The position numbers and the translations under genes were made by a program. This document shows positions 59,887 through 64,000 of a stretch of DNA of 64,000 nucleotides, piece by piece (within the stretch, counting starts at the first letter, position 1; each line of letters begins with the position of its first letter). Under the pieces are notes generated by a model that had not been told where the DNA came from, did not search any database, and worked only from the letters and a program-made list of their open reading frames with translations. Source of the stretch: Octopus sinensis (taxonomy: Eukaryota); NCBI RefSeq assembly GCF_006345805.1, contig NC_042998.1, positions 8,866,001 through 8,930,000 of the forward strand. Reading direction: 5' to 3'.

Positions 59887-60107
59887 TGTGTGTGTTTGTG
59901 TGTCTGTGTTTGTCCCCCTAGCATTGCTTGACAACCGATGCTGGTGTGTTTATGTCCCCGTTACTTAGCGGTTCGGCAAAAGAGGCCGATAGAATAAGTA
60001 CTAGGCTTACAACAGAATAAGTCCCGTGGTCGAGTTACTCGATAAAAGGCGGTGCTCCAGCATGGCCGCAGCCAAATGACTGAAACAAGTAAATGAGTAA
60101 AAGAGTA
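59684..60107 (+). mobile_element. Full-length tRNA-derived SINE with internal microsatellite
   Basis: A/B-box head, conserved body, (TA)n(TG)n, and a CAGCATGGCCGCAG tail shared with the LINE at 4680-4720. Confidence 0.9.
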
Positions 60108-60513
60108 GTCAGAATTAGCGGAAAAGGATAGCTAAAAGAGAACATATCAGATTTCCTCTCATTATTTATTATCTTGTAGCGAGTTCATACTTTTGGGAGG
60201 TAAACTTTTTATCAGATACCAGGGAAATGAAGTCTGTAAGAAAACGATAAGAATATAGCCTGCTTAATGACTACATTAATTTGTCCGTTAAGGAGGGGAA
60301 TGTATTTAAGTGTGTGAGGTTATTTGAGTGCAAACCAATTCTCGGTAGACGACTGAATGTAATAACATGGTCTTTCTAGATTATTTAAGAATTTCAAGTT
60401 TACAACCATCAGACAAAATTTTCTATTTATTTCGTATGAAATAAATAGAAAATGTTATGGGAACTCGGTACATATTACGGCTAATATCCAGTGTTGTACG
60501 AAAGTAGTTTCAC

Positions 60514-61044
60514 GGATCTTGTCAATCTAAGTCACAGATTTTATAAATAATCTTTCTTAAATAAACAGTTTGAAACTTCGGATACTTGTTGAATGTGTCA
60601 TAGGTTTTTCTATTCTGTACATAAAAAAGTTTGGCTACTTTTTCTAGCAGGTCATGCAACCACATACAGGCTCCGTCGATGGTCTGTCTCAGTAATAATT
60701 TTCTTGTTATTTAGCCTCAAATCAACCCTGATACAGCAAACCTATGTTGCTATAAAAACATCTCTGGTTATTAAAGAAGGGTTTTGTTAGGGGAGTGGAC
60801 CCGGAAGTTATTGTTCGCAAACAGCAGCAGTAATTTTTTTCAGCTGAATACACGTAATTGATTGGTTTAAATTACCCAAATACGACAACTTTAACACGAA
60901 ATAACTTCTAAAATACAAAATTTCGTTCAAAACGTTAGGAATAAACCCTGTTCTATGTGACACATTCTACCAGTATCCGAAGTTTCAAAGTGTTTAGTTA
61001 AGAAAAATTAATTTAAAAATCTGGTCATCAAATTGAAAAGATCC
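60514..61044. mobile_element. MITE-like element with diverged approx. 90-bp TIRs
   Basis: TTTGAAACTTCGGATACT..GAATGTGTCA (about 60570-60600) is inverted at about 60955-60990. Similarity extends to GGATCTT/AAGATCC. Confidence 0.55.
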
Positions 61045-61809
61045 TTCCATTCCTTAACTCTTGTATATGTGTGTATATATATATCAAGGATTGAACAAAC
61101 AGAACATAACAAGGAGAGAAAGTTAGACGAAAGCAGAGCAAACAGGAAACAAGATGAAAACTTAACGGGCGGGGAATATAGACAAGGACACAATGCACGA
61201 CATATTCGCAGCTGAGTTTTCCGCGTCAGTCAATGACCAAAATATCATCGTGGTTTTGCGCCAATATCATTGAGACTACTCAATCTTGGAGGTGCCAGTG
61301 CTGTTAAGCTACTGGAAAAAAGCTAGCGAGTGTATACTGAAACAGAAACAAATAAGACCTTATATAAGTACAACAGATGAAGATTTATGCATACATAACA
61401 ATGCGAAGCCTTACGGCTATATACAACAGGAGAAAAAATAATTATAATTATACAAATACCACAAATACAACAGAAAGAGCTTTGATAACTGGCTCTCCGT
61501 CGAATACAACGACGAGTATTCCAGAAACAGCTTGCTCGTGAAATTGACGGGCTGGGCACAACACGAACTCACTTATACATAACGTAGTGCTCAATAAAGA
61601 TTCAACGTGACACAGATTTACAGCTACAACTCATTTTTTTTTCCAGCTGAGTGAACTGGAACAACGTGAATTAAAATGTCTTACTCAAGGACTCAGCGAA
61701 CTTATAAGTGAACAAAACACCTCCACTATTCTACGCGCCTTCACACACACACACACACACACACACACAAATACACATCCACACACACATACATACATAT
61801 ATATGTGTA

Positions 61810-61976
61810 TCATCATCATCATCATCATCGTTTAACGTCCGTTTTCCGCGCTAGCACGGGTTGGACGGTTCGACCGGGGTCTGGGAAGCCAGGGCTGCAC
61901 CAGGCTCCAGTCTGATCTGGCAGTGTTTCTACAGCTGGATGCCCTTCCTAACGCCAACCACTCCGCGAGTGTAGTA
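61810..61976 (-). mobile_element. RTE 3' tail fragment (same family as 14978-18905)
   Basis: (CAT)n, then CGTTTAACGTCCG...GGATGCCCTTCCTAACGCCAACCACTCC, the reverse complement of 18735-18904. Confidence 0.9.
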
Positions 61977-62051
<75 letters not shown>

Positions 62052-62053
<2 letters not shown>

Positions 62054-62264
62054 TCTCTTTTATCTCTTTTACTTGTTTCAGTCATTTGACTGCGGCCATG
62101 CTGGAGCACCGCCTTTAGTCGATCAAATCGACCCCAGGACTTATTCTTTGTAAGCCCAGTACTTATTCTATCGGTCTCTTTTGCCGAACCGCTAAGTGAC
62201 GGGGACGTAAACACACCAGCATCGGTTGTCAGGCAATGCTAGGGGGACAAACACAGACACACAA

Positions 62265-62334
<70 letters not shown>

Positions 62335-62495
62335 CATATATACGACAGGCTTCTTTCAGTTTCCGTCTACCAAATCCACTCACAAGGCATTGGTCAGCCC
62401 GGGGCTATAGCAGAAGACACTTGCCCAAGATGCCACGCAGTGGGACTGAACCCGCAACCATGTGGTTGGTTAGCAAGCTACTTACCACACAGCCA
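62052..62495 (-). mobile_element. Full-length tRNA-derived SINE
   Basis: Reverse-complement match to 59684-60107. Confidence 0.9.
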
Positions 62496-62519
62496 TATAT
62501 ATATATACACATTATTTTT

Positions 62520-62824
62520 TTCATTTATTTGTTTCAATCATTAGAATGTGGCCATGCTGGAGCACCGTCTTGAAACAATTTAGTCGAATGAATTGACCCC
62601 AGTACTATTTTAAAGCCTGGTACTTATTCTATCGGTCTCTTTTCCCGAACCACTGAATTACGAGGAGATAGACAAACCAACATTGGTTTTCTTTCACTCT
62701 CCGTCTACCAAATCCACTCGTAAGGCTTTGGTCGGCCTAAGGCAATATAGAAAACACTTGTCCAAGGTGCCACGCAGTGGGACTGAACCCGGGGCCATGT
62801 GGTTGGGAGGCAAGCATCTTTACC

Positions 62825-62826
<2 letters not shown>
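62520..62826 (-). mobile_element. Degenerate, internally deleted SINE
   Basis: GGCCATGCTGGAGCACCG tail and GGGACTGAACCC B-box region, both on the reverse strand. Confidence 0.75.
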
Positions 62827-62860
<34 letters not shown>

Positions 62861-62890
62861 TAATATCCATACATATAATATATATATATG

Positions 62891-64000
62891 TGCGACCGCA
62901 CATCACCTGTCAACTATCGCCCAGTCAGTCTCAATAGCTGTATTGCAAAACTGATGGAATCGTGTGTCAGAGAAACACTTTGGAACTTCTGGAGCTCTCA
63001 CAGTCTCATCCGACCCTCACAATATGGATTTGTCCCTAACTCCAGCTGCAGTGATCAGCTTGTCGAGTTCCTTGAGGACATTACTCAGATCACTGACAGT
63101 GGCTCATGGGTGGATGTTGTCTACCTTGACTTTGCTAAGGCTTTCAACTCTGTGCCACACAAAAGGCTTATGGTGAAACTCTCTGCAATGGGTATGAGGG
63201 ATGATCTTTTTAACTGGTTGAAATCCTTCATTCTCAGCCGAAAGGAGGTAGTCACAGTTCTAGGACAGCATTCTACACCATATGAGATGTCATCGGGTGT
63301 ACCACAGGGATCTGTCCTTGGTCCCCTCTTGTTTGTGGCATACATTAATGATATAGATGCCAATTTAAAGAATGCCACAGTATTGAAATATGCAGACGAC
63401 ATCAAGCTGTACCTTGAAATCAAGAGGACAGATCCTGTTGTCTACAGCTCTTTCCTGCAATCAGACCTGGACACAATGCAGCAATGGATCACAGACTGGC
63501 AACTGAAACTGGCTGTGGACAAGTGTACCACCATGCATTTTGGGAGAAAAAACCCTGCGTCCACATACTCCCTCCACACACTGATATAAAAAAATCCTCT
63601 TGCGAGCGTGACCTAGGCATCACTGTCAGCAGTGATTTGCGTTGGACAAAGCATATCTCTAAAATTGTCAAGAAAGCCGTGGGTGTCTTGGCATCACTCA
63701 GCAAGACTTTTGTTAGCCGCTCTCCAGCCATCTATTTAAAACTGTATACAGCTATGGTACGACCACACTTGGAATTCGCATCATCAGTTTGGAACCCCTA
63801 TCTTGCTCAGAACATTGACCTCCTGGAATCTGTTCAGAGACGCGCAACCAAACGCATACCCTCCATCAGACACCTACCATACTCTGAGCGCCTTGTTTCC
63901 CTGGGCATGGATTCACTGAAGCTCCGGCGTCTGGCGATGGACTTGGTAAACACCCACAAAGTTATCAACCACCTCACCAGCAACAACACTGAACACCTTT
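62891..64000 (+). mobile_element. Second copy of the CR1/L2-type LINE (runs off the window), frameshift near 63580
   Basis: Highly similar to 57191-58260. Extends about 30 bp further 5' (SPVNYRPVSL). Confidence 0.92.

Overview
AT-rich eukaryotic genomic DNA, almost all repeats. The SINE family, microsatellite load and LINE/Penelope mix suggest an octopus (cephalopod) genome; this is an inference, not confirmed by a search. Mobile elements: CR1/L2-type LINEs (one decayed near-full-length copy plus fragments), a near-intact RTE LINE with a single nonsense codon, two Penelope-like elements, a young Ty3/Gypsy LTR element nested in one Penelope, a Merlin (ISXO2/IS1595-like) DNA transposon with tandem-repeat termini, tRNA-derived SINEs, MITE-like palindromes, and an array of composite non-autonomous Helitrons. 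Two complex satellites are also present. The only host-type gene is an intronless secreted CE4 polysaccharide (chitin) deacetylase-like gene with two 1-nt frameshifts. The most striking unannotated signals are: type I hammerhead ribozymes with unusually long stem II, one inside a 593-bp tandem and inverted retrozyme/pLTR-like unit; exact (TA)n-centred fold-back palindromes; Helitron head-to-tail junctions and cargo capture; and a slippery site plus pseudoknot at the Gypsy gag-pol overlap. All coordinates and alignments were made by eye.
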